From contig NZ_JMCB01000003.1 in assembly GCF_000737315.1 (NCBI RefSeq), positions 496,001 through 560,000 on the forward strand: 64,000 nt of DNA, read 5' to 3'. Positions 29,771-39,453 of the stretch are shown one piece after another; within the stretch, counting starts at the first letter, position 1, and the number at the start of each line of letters is the position of its first letter. This DNA comes from Hyalangium minutum. GTDB taxonomy: Bacteria; Myxococcota; Myxococcia; Myxococcales; Myxococcaceae. The translations under genes and the position numbers were made by a program. The notes under the pieces were generated by a model. That model did not search any database, was not told the DNA's origin, and saw only the letters and a program-made list of their open reading frames with translations.

Positions 29771-30555
29771 CTGCGCTGACCTCTCACCGCTTCTTCCAGC
29801 TTCCGGACCCAGGCGCGTGCCTGATCCAGAGAATTCGCTCCAGGCCCGATGGGGAGCTCCAGTTCCGTAGCGGGACCTCGCCTGAGCAAGGGTCCCAGCG
29901 GGACCTCCTCGGGAGGGCTTTTTATGAGAACCCGGCGCCCCAGGCCGCAAGTTTGATGGCTTGTCCCCTCCTCCACCCGGAGGGAGATCGTGGCCAGGGC
30001 CCCACGCTCGGGTAGCTCTGGACACTCGGGCCCCAGCGTTCCGGCCCACGTGAGCAGCTTGCGCCCAGGAAGCTGAGCGAAGGTCCCCCAGGCCTCCAAG
30101 CTGATGTCCGAGGCGCCCGGCGTCCACAGGCTCCACGCGGGCCGCAGCACGATCAACCGCCGGACAAGCTCCGCATCGAGGGGGCCTCGGAGCTCCACCG
30201 CGCTCCGCCGAGGCCCCAGCCAGTGCAGCCCCGGCCCCGTGAGCGTCTGAGCGTCCAGCCATGCCCCCACGCGAGGAGCCTTGCGGAGCTGCCGGAGGTG
30301 CTCCTCCTTCAAAGGCGTGCGGAGTTGGACGTAGGCCTCGGGAAAGAGGGCCAGGGCCTCGATCGTGGAGTCCTTCAGCGTGTTCGAGCGAGTTCGCAGC
30401 CAGAGCACCGTCCCACTGCCAACGAGCGCCCTGAGGTCATCCGCCTCCACGGACTCGTCCACCACCAGGTGCAGGCGATACCCGGGTAACAGGGGCTCGG
30501 CGGGAGCCGGAGCCTGGGCCAGGAGCGTCACCAGCACGGCGGCGACGGCGCTCAC
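29767..30555 (-). CDS. Hypothetical exported protein
   Basis: Signal-like N-terminus (AVAAVLVTLLAQA); overlaps both neighbours by 4 nt. Confidence 0.7.
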   Translation of the reverse strand: MSAVAAVLVTLLAQAPAPAEPLLPGYRLHLVVDESVEADDLRALVGSGTVLWLRTRSNTLKDSTIEALALFPEAYVQLRTPLKEEHLRQLRKAPRVGAWLDAQTLTGPGLHWLGPRRSAVELRGPLDAELVRRLIVLRPAWSLWTPGASDISLEAWGTFAQLPGRKLLTWAGTLGPECPELPERGALATISLRVEEGTSHQTCGLGRRVLIKSPPEEVPLGPLLRRGPATELELPIGPGANSLDQARAWVRKLEEAVRGQRR

Positions 30556-31694
30556 GGCTTGGCGGCCTCCCCCATGTAGAGCCGCGTCTTCTGGTACCGC
30601 AGCACCACCACGCGCAGCACCACCTTGAGGATGGCGCTCACGGGTACGGCGAGCAGGATGCCCACGAAGCCGAAGAGCTCTCCGAAGCCGAGGATCGCGA
30701 TGATGATCGTCACCGGCCGGAGCCCCACCTTCTCGCCCACGATGCGCGGGGTGATGACGAGCCCCTCCGAGAGCTGCGCCACCAGGAACGTCCCCGCGAC
30801 CACCGCGATCTGCCAGGGCCCCTGCCAGGACAGCATCAGCCCGAGCATCGCCAGCACCAGGCCCATCGCCGTCCCCATGTAAGGCACCATGTTCCCGAAC
30901 CCCGTGATGACGCCGATGACGATGGCCATGTCGAGCCCCGCGATGGACAACCCCGTGCTGTAGATGACCGACAGGATGGAGCCCACCGTGAGCTGGCCCT
31001 GGACGAAGGCAGAGAGCACGTCGTCCACCTCAGAGAAGCGCTGGCGCACCAGTCCCACCGCTGGCCGGGGAATGAGGTCCCGCACCCGCCCGATCAGCTT
31101 CGGGTAGTCCTGCAGGAAGAAGAACCCGAGCACCGGCACCACCGCCAGCCCGAGCAGCGTCGCCATGAACCGCGCGGTGTTGCCCGCGAAGCTCGCCGCC
31201 AGCCGCGCCGCCGCGGGCCCCGCACTCTGGAGAAGCTCGGAGGCCTTGGCGCCCAGCTCCGCGGTCCGTTGGTTCACGAACTCCGGCACCGAGACCCCCA
31301 GCAGTGCCTCGATCTGGGGAACCACCTGGGTGCTCGCCTGGCGGAAGAACTCCGGCAGCTTGGCGGCCTCCTCCTGGAAAACAGGAATGAGGTAGAGCAC
31401 CGCGCCCACCATCACCAGTGTGCAGCCTCCGAAAACGATGGTCGTGCCCCAGGTCCGGTTCAGCCCACGCCGCTCGAGCGCGCTGACCACCGGGTTGAAG
31501 ACGTAGGCGCCCGTGAGCGCCAGCAACACCGGCACCGCCACGCCGCCGAACACCGCCAACAGCCCGAACACGAGCCCGAGCGCTCCCACCATCACCAGCG
31601 ACCAGGTGAGATCGATCCGCCGGGCCGCCTCTTCTGGCAGTTCGGGAACTGCCGGCGCTGGCACGGCATGGAGTGGCGGAGCCGGAGGCTCCAC
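30552..31694 (-). CDS. AI-2E family transporter (start uncertain)
   Basis: Multiple TM segments, AYVFNPVV, FGNMVPYMG, ITPRIVGEKVGL-x-P, GILLAVP. Confidence 0.9.
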   Translation of the reverse strand: MEPPAPPLHAVPAPAVPELPEEAARRIDLTWSLVMVGALGLVFGLLAVFGGVAVPVLLALTGAYVFNPVVSALERRGLNRTWGTTIVFGGCTLVMVGAVLYLIPVFQEEAAKLPEFFRQASTQVVPQIEALLGVSVPEFVNQRTAELGAKASELLQSAGPAAARLAASFAGNTARFMATLLGLAVVPVLGFFFLQDYPKLIGRVRDLIPRPAVGLVRQRFSEVDDVLSAFVQGQLTVGSILSVIYSTGLSIAGLDMAIVIGVITGFGNMVPYMGTAMGLVLAMLGLMLSWQGPWQIAVVAGTFLVAQLSEGLVITPRIVGEKVGLRPVTIIIAILGFGELFGFVGILLAVPVSAILKVVLRVVVLRYQKTRLYMGEAAKP

Positions 31695-31767
31695 CGGGGT
31701 GAGAGCCGAGGCCTCCTGAGTACTGCCTTTCTTGCGACGTCCGATGACGAGACTCCTCTTCAGAGAG

Positions 31768-32532
31768 CTACTGATTGCGCTCTACGAAACGGCCAAACGT
31801 GTCCTTCATTGCGCTCGCGTCCAGGGCCTGGGCCTTGGCGGGCTTCAGCTCGCTGTCCACCACCACCTGCTGGTTCTTCTGGAGCTCGATGAAGTTCTTC
31901 TCCCACTCCTCTTCGGAGACCTGCTGAGGCCCGGCCACCTGCTTCCGCTCACCCTTCTTCCCTTCCGATCCGGAGGGGAGCTTGCCCTGGATGGCCTTGC
32001 GGACCTCCTGCGTCACTACCACCCGCCCCTCCACCACCCGGACGATCATCCGCTGTTTCTGCGCCGGGATCATCGCCTTCGCCGTGTCGCCGTAGTCCAC
32101 CCGGAAGACCGTGCCGCGCACCCCGGCCACCGCGCGCTCCGTCTGCACCTCGAACTTCGAGTCCGAGCCCGCCAACGCCTTCTTCACCTTCGCCCAGACC
32201 TTGCCGAGCCCCAGCCGCGCCGCGAAGCCCTTGCGCTCCTGCCCCTCGAACGTGGCCTCGTCGATGATGAGCTGGCTGCGCTCGCCCAGCATGAGCACGC
32301 TCTCGTCCGTCAGCGTGAGCTTCACGTTGGAGGCGGCCCCCACCTCGATCGTGTCATTCAGCTCGATCTCCGAGCCCGCCTGGAGCGCCACGGTCTGGCC
32401 TCCGTTCGTCCGCGTCGCCGTGCCCTCCAGCACCGTCACCGATCCGATGCTCGCCAGCGCCAGGCCCGGCAGCAGCAGCGCGGCAGCGGCAACGCCCCAC
32501 TTGCCCACGGTTGACTCGTGCCATGCCTTCAC
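31768..32532 (-). CDS. FecR domain-containing exported protein
   Basis: Signal peptide, LTLTDESVLMLGE, TERAVAGVRGTVF. GTG start overlaps the upstream stop. Confidence 0.85.
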   Translation of the reverse strand: MKAWHESTVGKWGVAAAALLLPGLALASIGSVTVLEGTATRTNGGQTVALQAGSEIELNDTIEVGAASNVKLTLTDESVLMLGERSQLIIDEATFEGQERKGFAARLGLGKVWAKVKKALAGSDSKFEVQTERAVAGVRGTVFRVDYGDTAKAMIPAQKQRMIVRVVEGRVVVTQEVRKAIQGKLPSGSEGKKGERKQVAGPQQVSEEEWEKNFIELQKNQQVVVDSELKPAKAQALDASAMKDTFGRFVERNQ

Positions 32533-32900
32533 GGAGTACCTCGCTCGGGAATGTCGCTCCCCATCGGCTGAAGCAGCACGTTCAGCACGGCCCGCGTCCC
32601 ATGGGGGTCGATATAGGTGGTGTACGGCCAGTGGCCTTCCTTCTTCACCTCGATCTGGTGCAGCCCCTCGCCCACCCGCAGCCCCCGAGGCGCCCCTCGG
32701 AAGTCGCTGCACAGCCCCCGGGTGACGCCATCCAAGATGACCTCGGCGTCCTCGGGCTCGCACCTCAGCACCACGTCGCCGCTCGGCGACTCGGCCTTGC
32801 GCAGCAGCTCCCGGGCCTGCGCCATCGCCGGGGACTCCTCCTGGCGCCCCGCACAGCCCAGCGTGACGAGTGCCACCGTGAGCCAGCCCCCGCCACGCAT
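32529..32900 (-). CDS. PEGA domain lipoprotein
   Basis: Lipobox LGC, CEPEDAEVILDG, GLHQIEVKKEG. Confidence 0.82.
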   Translation of the reverse strand: MRGGGWLTVALVTLGCAGRQEESPAMAQARELLRKAESPSGDVVLRCEPEDAEVILDGVTRGLCSDFRGAPRGLRVGEGLHQIEVKKEGHWPYTTYIDPHGTRAVLNVLLQPMGSDIPERGTP

Positions 32901-34111
32901 CAGCGCGCCAGCGTGATCTCGAGGGTGTTGCCCGTCACGCCCGTCACGCTGATCTTCTTTCCCTGGTAGGTCTTCCCACTGACGGCCTCGGCCAAGGTGT
33001 CCGCCGTGCCCACGAGGGTGACGTCGAACCGGGCCTTGCCATCCTTGAGCGTGGCCTGCCCCATCTGACGCACCTCGCTCACCGACTGCGAGAGGACCTT
33101 CATGAAGCCCTGGACGGCGGCGTAGTCCACGCCTCCGTTCAGCCTCACCACCACCCGGCTGCCGTTGAACATCGCGTTGCGGAGGTACTCGCCAATCGGC
33201 GCTCGCACCGACTCGATGATCTCACGGCTGCGCTCATCGGTGATCTCTCTCGCCGTCTGATCGTAGGAGATCGTCTGTTGCACGCTCTTCTTGCCGGTCT
33301 GCCCCGGGTTCCGGTTGAACTTGCCAGCAACCTTGGCGATCTGCGTGCCGCTGTCCGTCGCGAAGAAGGCCAGGTTGTACTCACCGCTGACAAAGAAGAC
33401 GAGCTGCTTGCCCTGCGCGTCCAGCTCCGGCACCAGGCCTCCCTCCTGCGGCGCGTGGTACCGGTAGGTCACGTTCCCGTAGAGGATGTAATCCGCTTGC
33501 GTCAGGTCCCCCAGCTCCTTGGCCTCGGCGGTGGAGAGCGCCGTGGCGCCGGGCTGCAGCCGGACCTTTCCCTGCGCGAAGTGGGGATCGATGATCGTCC
33601 AGCCATCCTGGGAGAACGTCTCGGTGAGCACCGTGCTCATCGTCTGGCTCTCGATGGACTTCGCATCGGAAGTAACGGTCTGCTCGTAGAGCAGGATGAC
33701 CAGCTTGCGGTTCCCAAGCTGCTGGACCAGCGCCTGCATGGCCTGCAGATCCTTGTCGATCCGGCCCGAGCCCACCTGCGCCCGGACCTTCACCTTCATC
33801 ACCCCGCGCTCCTCCTTCTTCTCGAGGATCTGGACGTCGCGCACGTAGCCGTCCACCTTCGCGAGGATCTTGTCGGTGATGAGCTGGCTGTTGGAGGTCA
33901 GCGTCGTGGAGGAGATCGCCACCCCCACCACCACCTCCACCGCGTCCCGGAGCGCGGCGTTCTTCGCCTCCTGGAAGGCCTTGTCGCGGTTGTTGTCCAC
34001 GATGGCGGCCTCGCCCGTCACCTCCTGGGTGACGAACTCGGGCTGCGCGTCGGCGGCCACCGCCACCGCGGCCACCATCCACGTGAGGACCGTCAGCTTC
34101 AGCGCCTGCAT
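32900..34111 (-). CDS. Exported protein with FlgT-N-like N-terminus and CsgG/TolB-N-like core
   Basis: Signal peptide; GEAAIV...AFQEAKNAALRDAVE...GV-x-ISS pattern; YILYG. Confidence 0.65.
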   Translation of the reverse strand: MQALKLTVLTWMVAAVAVAADAQPEFVTQEVTGEAAIVDNNRDKAFQEAKNAALRDAVEVVVGVAISSTTLTSNSQLITDKILAKVDGYVRDVQILEKKEERGVMKVKVRAQVGSGRIDKDLQAMQALVQQLGNRKLVILLYEQTVTSDAKSIESQTMSTVLTETFSQDGWTIIDPHFAQGKVRLQPGATALSTAEAKELGDLTQADYILYGNVTYRYHAPQEGGLVPELDAQGKQLVFFVSGEYNLAFFATDSGTQIAKVAGKFNRNPGQTGKKSVQQTISYDQTAREITDERSREIIESVRAPIGEYLRNAMFNGSRVVVRLNGGVDYAAVQGFMKVLSQSVSEVRQMGQATLKDGKARFDVTLVGTADTLAEAVSGKTYQGKKISVTGVTGNTLEITLAR

Positions 34112-34127
34112 GGGAGACCTCTCGGGG

Positions 34128-34898
34128 TTACGGGGTGACGATGGCCACCCGGCCCTCGGCCAGGAACGAGGCGTTTGCTTCCATCAGCTTCTTCAGCGCG
34201 TCCTCGGCCAGCACCAGATCCGTGCCCTGGAGTTGCGCCGCCTTCACCACCAGCGGCTTCTCGCCCACCAGCGCGCTCTTCTGGGCCTCCTCGACGCTCT
34301 TGAACCAGGCGGCCACGGCCGCCGTCTTGCGAGCCTCCGCGGAGAGGGCCTCGGCCCCGTAGACGGCCTTGCCCGCGCCATCCAGCAGCCTCGGCGTAAG
34401 CACCGGCTTGGCGCCCAGGCCTCGTGCGTCCACCACCAGCCCCGTGTACTTCTTCTCGCCCTGTGTGTTCACGGCGATGCCCGAGTCTGGGGCAGGCGCC
34501 AGCGCGGATGTGAGCGCCGCCAGCGGCACCTCCACATCCATCTCCACGCCGCTGTCCGAGTAGTAGCGCTTGTTGACGACCTTGAAGCCGCGGACGACGC
34601 CCTCGACGCGGCCGCGGATCTCCTCGTTGCCCATGGCGTCACCCACCGTGCGGCCGGCGCTGATCTGCACGCCCTTGGCCTGCTCCAGCAGGTTGCGGAA
34701 CGCGTCCATCTTCGCCGCGCGCTCGGCGCCCAGCCGCGCCTGGGCCGGGTTGGAGGCCTTCATGTCCGGAGCGCCCGCGCCGGTGGCCCGGAGCAGCTGT
34801 CCTTCCCAGTTCACCCCGGTCTCAGGCCTGGCGTCCTTTCCCTGGGCCGAGGCCCACAGCGGCACGACCAGGGCCAGCATCCACAACGAGCGCTTCAC
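34128..34898 (-). CDS. Exported LPP20-like protein
   Basis: Signal peptide; ATGAG...AERAAKMDAFRNLLE; YTGLVVDARG. GTG start at 34898. Confidence 0.65.
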   Translation of the reverse strand: MKRSLWMLALVVPLWASAQGKDARPETGVNWEGQLLRATGAGAPDMKASNPAQARLGAERAAKMDAFRNLLEQAKGVQISAGRTVGDAMGNEEIRGRVEGVVRGFKVVNKRYYSDSGVEMDVEVPLAALTSALAPAPDSGIAVNTQGEKKYTGLVVDARGLGAKPVLTPRLLDGAGKAVYGAEALSAEARKTAAVAAWFKSVEEAQKSALVGEKPLVVKAAQLQGTDLVLAEDALKKLMEANASFLAEGRVAIVTP

Positions 34899-35057
34899 GG
34901 GGGGCCTCCGTACCTCACCGGATGGCGAGGCGACGCGACTGAATGGCGGGCCATTCAATCGACCGGCTTCCCGGGAAGTCAAGGCAGGCTCCGATAGGAA
35001 ACCTGCCCGCCTGCTCATGGCTCTCACCCTCCGGGGCTGCAGCCACAACGCGCCGTG

Positions 35058-35393
35058 TCAGTTGCCCTGAGCGCGGCTCACGTAGGCGTCGATCATCCGG
35101 CGGTGCCGCTCGGTCAGCAGCGTGAAGCGCACACCGGAGCGCTCGTTGCGAGACGCGTCCAACTGGGCCCACTCGCGGACAACTTCGCCCTCCGCGTAGA
35201 TGACCTCTTCCGAGCCCGGGAGCTGGAACTGGAGGCCCACCCGGCGGGCGTGGTGCTGCGGCTCGATGAGCTGCGCGAGGCTCAGGCCCTCATGGCTGAT
35301 GTCGGAGGCGCGGGTGAGGTAGGGCACTCCGCCCATGTACTTGTTCAGATAGATGTCGATTGGAGCCCGCTTCGCCTTCCGCTTGTCGCTCAT
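35058..35393 (-). CDS. PilZ domain protein
   Basis: RKAKRAPI (RxxxR) and DISHEG (D/NxSxxG). Confidence 0.85.
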   Translation of the reverse strand: MSDKRKAKRAPIDIYLNKYMGGVPYLTRASDISHEGLSLAQLIEPQHHARRVGLQFQLPGSEEVIYAEGEVVREWAQLDASRNERSGVRFTLLTERHRRMIDAYVSRAQGN

Positions 35394-35488
35394 CTGGTCC
35401 CCTCGGGTGTCGCAACAGCCTGCTTCCAAGATGAAGCAGGTTGTTGCGAAGGTAGAGGCAAACGGGGACCTGGCAAGAAAACGGCCGC

Positions 35489-36952
35489 CTATGGGGCCGG
35501 TGGCGTGGCGATCGGGCAGCGGCCCGCTGGCCGGAATGGCAGCGCCCACAGCTTCTGGCCGCGCGGGCCATCCTCGGCCGTGAAGAAGACATTCCAGCCG
35601 GAGCGCATGAACTCACCGGAGGGCAAGGCCTGCATCTCTGAAGTGTGCGCCTCCGCCGTGGGGCCTTCGATGGGGAGCGTCCCCTCCATCGTGCCGTCGC
35701 TCATCCACGGGGTCCGGCCGCTCCCCTCTTTGTTCGCGTAGAAGAACAAGTGTCCTTGAATCGCCGTCAGCACCTCCGGGGACGAGCCCATCTCCCCCAC
35801 GAGGAGATCCTCGAAGAGCTGCGTCCCGGCGGCCGTGCCGTCGCTCACCCACAGCTCGCGCCCATGCACCCCGTCGTCCGCGGAGAAGAAGATCCGCCGC
35901 CCCAGCACCGTGAAGCTCTGAGGCATCGAAGCCTCGGCGCCCAGCCGAAGGTCCTTCACCCGGAGCGTGCCGGCCGCAGTGCCATCACTGCGCCAGAGCT
36001 CCACTCCCGCCGGGTCCTCCATCGAGCTGGCGCTGAGGTACAGGCGTCCGCCCATCGTTGCCAGCTCGTGCACCTCCGAGAACATCTTCAGCAGCACGGG
36101 CTGCCCTCCATCCGTCATCCACAGCTCGGTCATGTGGTCGTGCATGGAGGCCGTGAGAAAGAACAGCCGCCGGCCCACGAGCGTCAGGGATTCCAGGGTG
36201 TTCATCTCATCCACGCGGAACAGCTCGACAGCGCCAGCCTCGCCATTGCTCCACATCAACACCCGGTAGCTGCCACGCTCGACGACGAAGTAAAGCGAAC
36301 CCCCGCCCCCGAGGGTCAGGGACTGCGGCGAGCTGCCCTCCACGCCAGGCTCCAGATCCTCCACGAGGAAGGTGCCCTCGGCCGTACCGTCGCTGCGCCA
36401 CAGCTCTTGGCCGTTCTTCTCGTCCACCGCGGAGAAGTAGAGCAGGCCATTGAACTCGAACAGCGACTGCGGGAACGAGCCTATCGGGCCGGGCCAGAGA
36501 TCCTTCACCTCCCGGGTTCCTTCCGGAGTGCCGTCCGTCACCCAGAGCTCCCGCCCATGCTCTGGAGCCTCGGCGGTGAAGAAGACGCGAGTCCCCACGC
36601 GGGTGGGTTCCAGGGGACTCAGGTCTGCCAGCAAGGGGGTGAAGTCCTTCACTCGCAAGGTGCCTGCTCGCTCGGGGCCGATGCTCTTCCAGAGATCGAG
36701 CCCGCCTTTGCCGTTGTATGCGCTGAAGATGAGGCCTGACTCCGCACGCACGAGCTCGCCCGGATCGAGCACCACCGCGTCGGGTGAGTATTCCAGGGAT
36801 GTGGCCGTGTGACTGCAGGGCCCCCATCCCACGGGCTCTTCGGCGAGCTGCGCACCCCCGGCTGCCTCAGCGGGAGAGGGCCCGGAGTGAGCCGACAGGC
36901 TGCCAAGCAGCGCTAGCACGATGGAGAACGCACGCCAGACGCGCATCTGCAT
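35489..36952 (-). CDS. Secreted ELWxxDGT repeat beta-propeller protein
   Basis: Signal peptide; repeats ELWVTDGT, ELWRSDGT (twice), ELWMTDGG, ELWVSDGT, PWMSDGT. Confidence 0.92.
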   Translation of the reverse strand: MQMRVWRAFSIVLALLGSLSAHSGPSPAEAAGGAQLAEEPVGWGPCSHTATSLEYSPDAVVLDPGELVRAESGLIFSAYNGKGGLDLWKSIGPERAGTLRVKDFTPLLADLSPLEPTRVGTRVFFTAEAPEHGRELWVTDGTPEGTREVKDLWPGPIGSFPQSLFEFNGLLYFSAVDEKNGQELWRSDGTAEGTFLVEDLEPGVEGSSPQSLTLGGGGSLYFVVERGSYRVLMWSNGEAGAVELFRVDEMNTLESLTLVGRRLFFLTASMHDHMTELWMTDGGQPVLLKMFSEVHELATMGGRLYLSASSMEDPAGVELWRSDGTAAGTLRVKDLRLGAEASMPQSFTVLGRRIFFSADDGVHGRELWVSDGTAAGTQLFEDLLVGEMGSSPEVLTAIQGHLFFYANKEGSGRTPWMSDGTMEGTLPIEGPTAEAHTSEMQALPSGEFMRSGWNVFFTAEDGPRGQKLWALPFRPAGRCPIATPPAP

Positions 36953-37168
36953 AGTCGAAGCTCCTGGGAATGATGGTGAAGGGTCTTCAACGTGGGAGCC
37001 GCAGCACTTCGCGCCCAGTCGGGCGGCGGTCCTGTAGGAGTCACCTCCCACCAACGGTTCGGCACGGGTCACCATTGGCTCGGACGTGAGGGGCAGTTGG
37101 CGCGCCAGCGCTGCCAGATAGGTTTGTCATTCCTCAAAGCAGCCACCCTTCCTTCCCTGGAGGTGCTT

Positions 37169-38626
37169 ATGCCGGTTCAATCCTTCTCTCGATGGCCGAA
37201 GGTCCTCGCATTAGGACTCATCGGATGCGTGGTGTTGGCAGCCCCGGCCCAAGCCCAGGCTCCTGCGGAGGTGGGGCAGTGGGCGAGCACCATGAACTGG
37301 CCCATCTCCGCGACGCACGCCAGCCTTCAGCCCGACGGCAAGGTGATGTTCTTCGGCGAGTTCGACGATGGACTGGGGCCGCCGAGGCGCTGGGACCCCG
37401 CCACGAACGCCATCTCCTCCCTGCCCGTGGCGGGCTACAACATCTTCTGCGCCGGGCACTCGTACCTCGCGGACGGAAAGCTGCTGGTGACGGGAGGCCA
37501 CCTGGCAAGCCACGAGGGGCTCGCGGACGCGAGCCTCTTCGACCCGTTTACGGGCACCTGGACCCGCCTGCCAGACATGAATGACGGGCGCTGGTACCCC
37601 TCCAACACCACACTCCCCAATGGGGATGTGATGGTGATCAGCGGGGAGATAGACGGCGTCGGTGACTTCAACGAGATCCCGCAGCGGTACATCGCGGCCA
37701 CCAAGACCTGGAAGAACCTGACCACCGCCAAGGAAGAAATTCCGTACTACCCCCGGATGTTCTTGGCCCCCAACGGCAAGCTCTACTTCGCCGGGCCGGG
37801 GCGAGAAACACTCTGGCTGGATCCGGCCGGAACTGGCTCCTGGAAAGCCGGCCCCAAGAGTCTCTTCGGCAAGCGGACCTATGGTCCGGCGGTGTACATG
37901 GATGGCAAGGTGGTCTTCATCGGTGGAGGCGATCCGCCTACGGCCACCGTGGAGATGATCGATCTCGCGGTCGCTGCACCGAAGTGGCAATACATGGCGC
38001 CCATGAGTGTGAAGCGGCGCCAGCACAACGCGACGCTGCTGCCCGATGGCACGGTGCTCGTCACAGGGGGGAGCAGCGGCAACGGCTTCGACAACGCCAA
38101 GAAGCCGGTCTTCCTCACGGAGTTGTGGGACCCCGGCACGAACAAGTGGACCAAGTTCTCCAGCAACAAGATCTATCGCGGCTACCACTCCACCGCGCTG
38201 CTGCTGCCTGACGGGCGAGTGCTCGGCGCGGGTGGCAAGAATACGAAGAACGGGGAGCTCTTCTCTCCCCCCTATCTCTTCAAGGGCGCGCGGCCGACGG
38301 TCAGCTCCGCGCCGGGCGATGTGGCTCCCGGGTCGACCTTTACCGTCTCAACCCCGGACGCAGCCCGTATCAAGAAGGTGACGCTGATCGCCATCGGCTC
38401 GGTGACGCACGCCTTCGATATGAATCAGCGGCTCCTGACCTTGAACTTCACGAAGGGCAACGGCAGCATCACGGTCACCGCACCGTCGAACAACAACGTG
38501 GCGCCTCCGGGCTACTACCAATTGTTCCTGGTGAACGAGCAGGGCGTTCCTTCTATCGGCAAGATGGTGAAGATCACCATCGTGTCTGCTTCCTCGCCGT
38601 CTGCGGCCACCCTGCCCGATCCTTAA
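37169..38626 (+). CDS. Secreted copper radical oxidase (galactose oxidase/GlxA-like, kelch plus DUF1929)
   Basis: Signal peptide; NIFCAG (Cys), RWYP (Tyr), RGYHS (Tyr-His), VTHAFDMNQR (His). Confidence 0.9.
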   Translation: MPVQSFSRWPKVLALGLIGCVVLAAPAQAQAPAEVGQWASTMNWPISATHASLQPDGKVMFFGEFDDGLGPPRRWDPATNAISSLPVAGYNIFCAGHSYLADGKLLVTGGHLASHEGLADASLFDPFTGTWTRLPDMNDGRWYPSNTTLPNGDVMVISGEIDGVGDFNEIPQRYIAATKTWKNLTTAKEEIPYYPRMFLAPNGKLYFAGPGRETLWLDPAGTGSWKAGPKSLFGKRTYGPAVYMDGKVVFIGGGDPPTATVEMIDLAVAAPKWQYMAPMSVKRRQHNATLLPDGTVLVTGGSSGNGFDNAKKPVFLTELWDPGTNKWTKFSSNKIYRGYHSTALLLPDGRVLGAGGKNTKNGELFSPPYLFKGARPTVSSAPGDVAPGSTFTVSTPDAARIKKVTLIAIGSVTHAFDMNQRLLTLNFTKGNGSITVTAPSNNNVAPPGYYQLFLVNEQGVPSIGKMVKITIVSASSPSAATLPDP

Positions 38627-38726
38627 CTCCCCGTTCCTCCAAGCAAGCGGCCGTGCGCCTGAAATCGTGCACGGCCGCTCGGACGCCGCCCTATATTCAC
38701 GCGGCTCTCGCGAAGAGGAGGAAGCA

Positions 38727-39434
38727 ATGAGAACGAAGTTGCTGGCGACGGTGGTGATGGGGCTTCTGGCGTCTCAGGCCTGGGCCCAGGGCAAGGCGAA
38801 GCCTGCTCCCGCTGCGGCGCCATCCGCGTCCGCGCAGCCCCAGACGGACGAAGAGAAGACGATGTACGCGTACGGGTTCCAGTTCGGGAAGTCGCTCGGA
38901 GTGCTCGCGCTGAGCCCGCAAGAGCTCGAGATGCTCAAGAAGGGCCTCACCGATGCCCACAACAACGCGCAGCCCGTGGTGAACGTGGAGGAGTTCGGCC
39001 CGAAGATCCAGACGCTGGCGCGCACTCGGCAGAACGTGGTCAGCGAGCGGTTCCTGGAGAACGCGGCCAAGGAGAAGGGCGCGCAAAAGCTGCCCTCGGG
39101 CATCATCTACCAGGAGCTGAAGGCTGGCACGGGCTCCAGCCCCAAGGCCTCGGACACCGTGGCGGTGCACTACCGCGGCACGCTGACTTCGGGCGAGGAG
39201 TTCGACAGCTCCTACAAGCGCAACCAAGTCGCCGAGTTCCCCCTCAATGGCGTCATCGCCTGCTGGACCGAGGGCGTGCAGAAGATGAAGGTCGGCGGGA
39301 AGGCGAAGCTCACCTGCCCCGCCAACAAGGCCTACGGGGAGCGTCCGCCCCCCGGTTCGAAGATCCCGCCGAACGCCGTGCTCCAGTTCGAGATCGAGCT
39401 GGTGAACATCCCCGGCTTCACCGGCGGGAAGTAG
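38727..39434 (+). CDS. FKBP-type peptidyl-prolyl isomerase (FkpA/Mip-like)
   Basis: Signal peptide; VHYRGTL..GEEFDSS, VIACWTEG, AYGER...IPPNAVLQFEIEL. Confidence 0.95.
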   Translation: MRTKLLATVVMGLLASQAWAQGKAKPAPAAAPSASAQPQTDEEKTMYAYGFQFGKSLGVLALSPQELEMLKKGLTDAHNNAQPVVNVEEFGPKIQTLARTRQNVVSERFLENAAKEKGAQKLPSGIIYQELKAGTGSSPKASDTVAVHYRGTLTSGEEFDSSYKRNQVAEFPLNGVIACWTEGVQKMKVGGKAKLTCPANKAYGERPPPGSKIPPNAVLQFEIELVNIPGFTGGK

Positions 39435-39453
39435 CCGCGCCTGGGCGCCGAGG

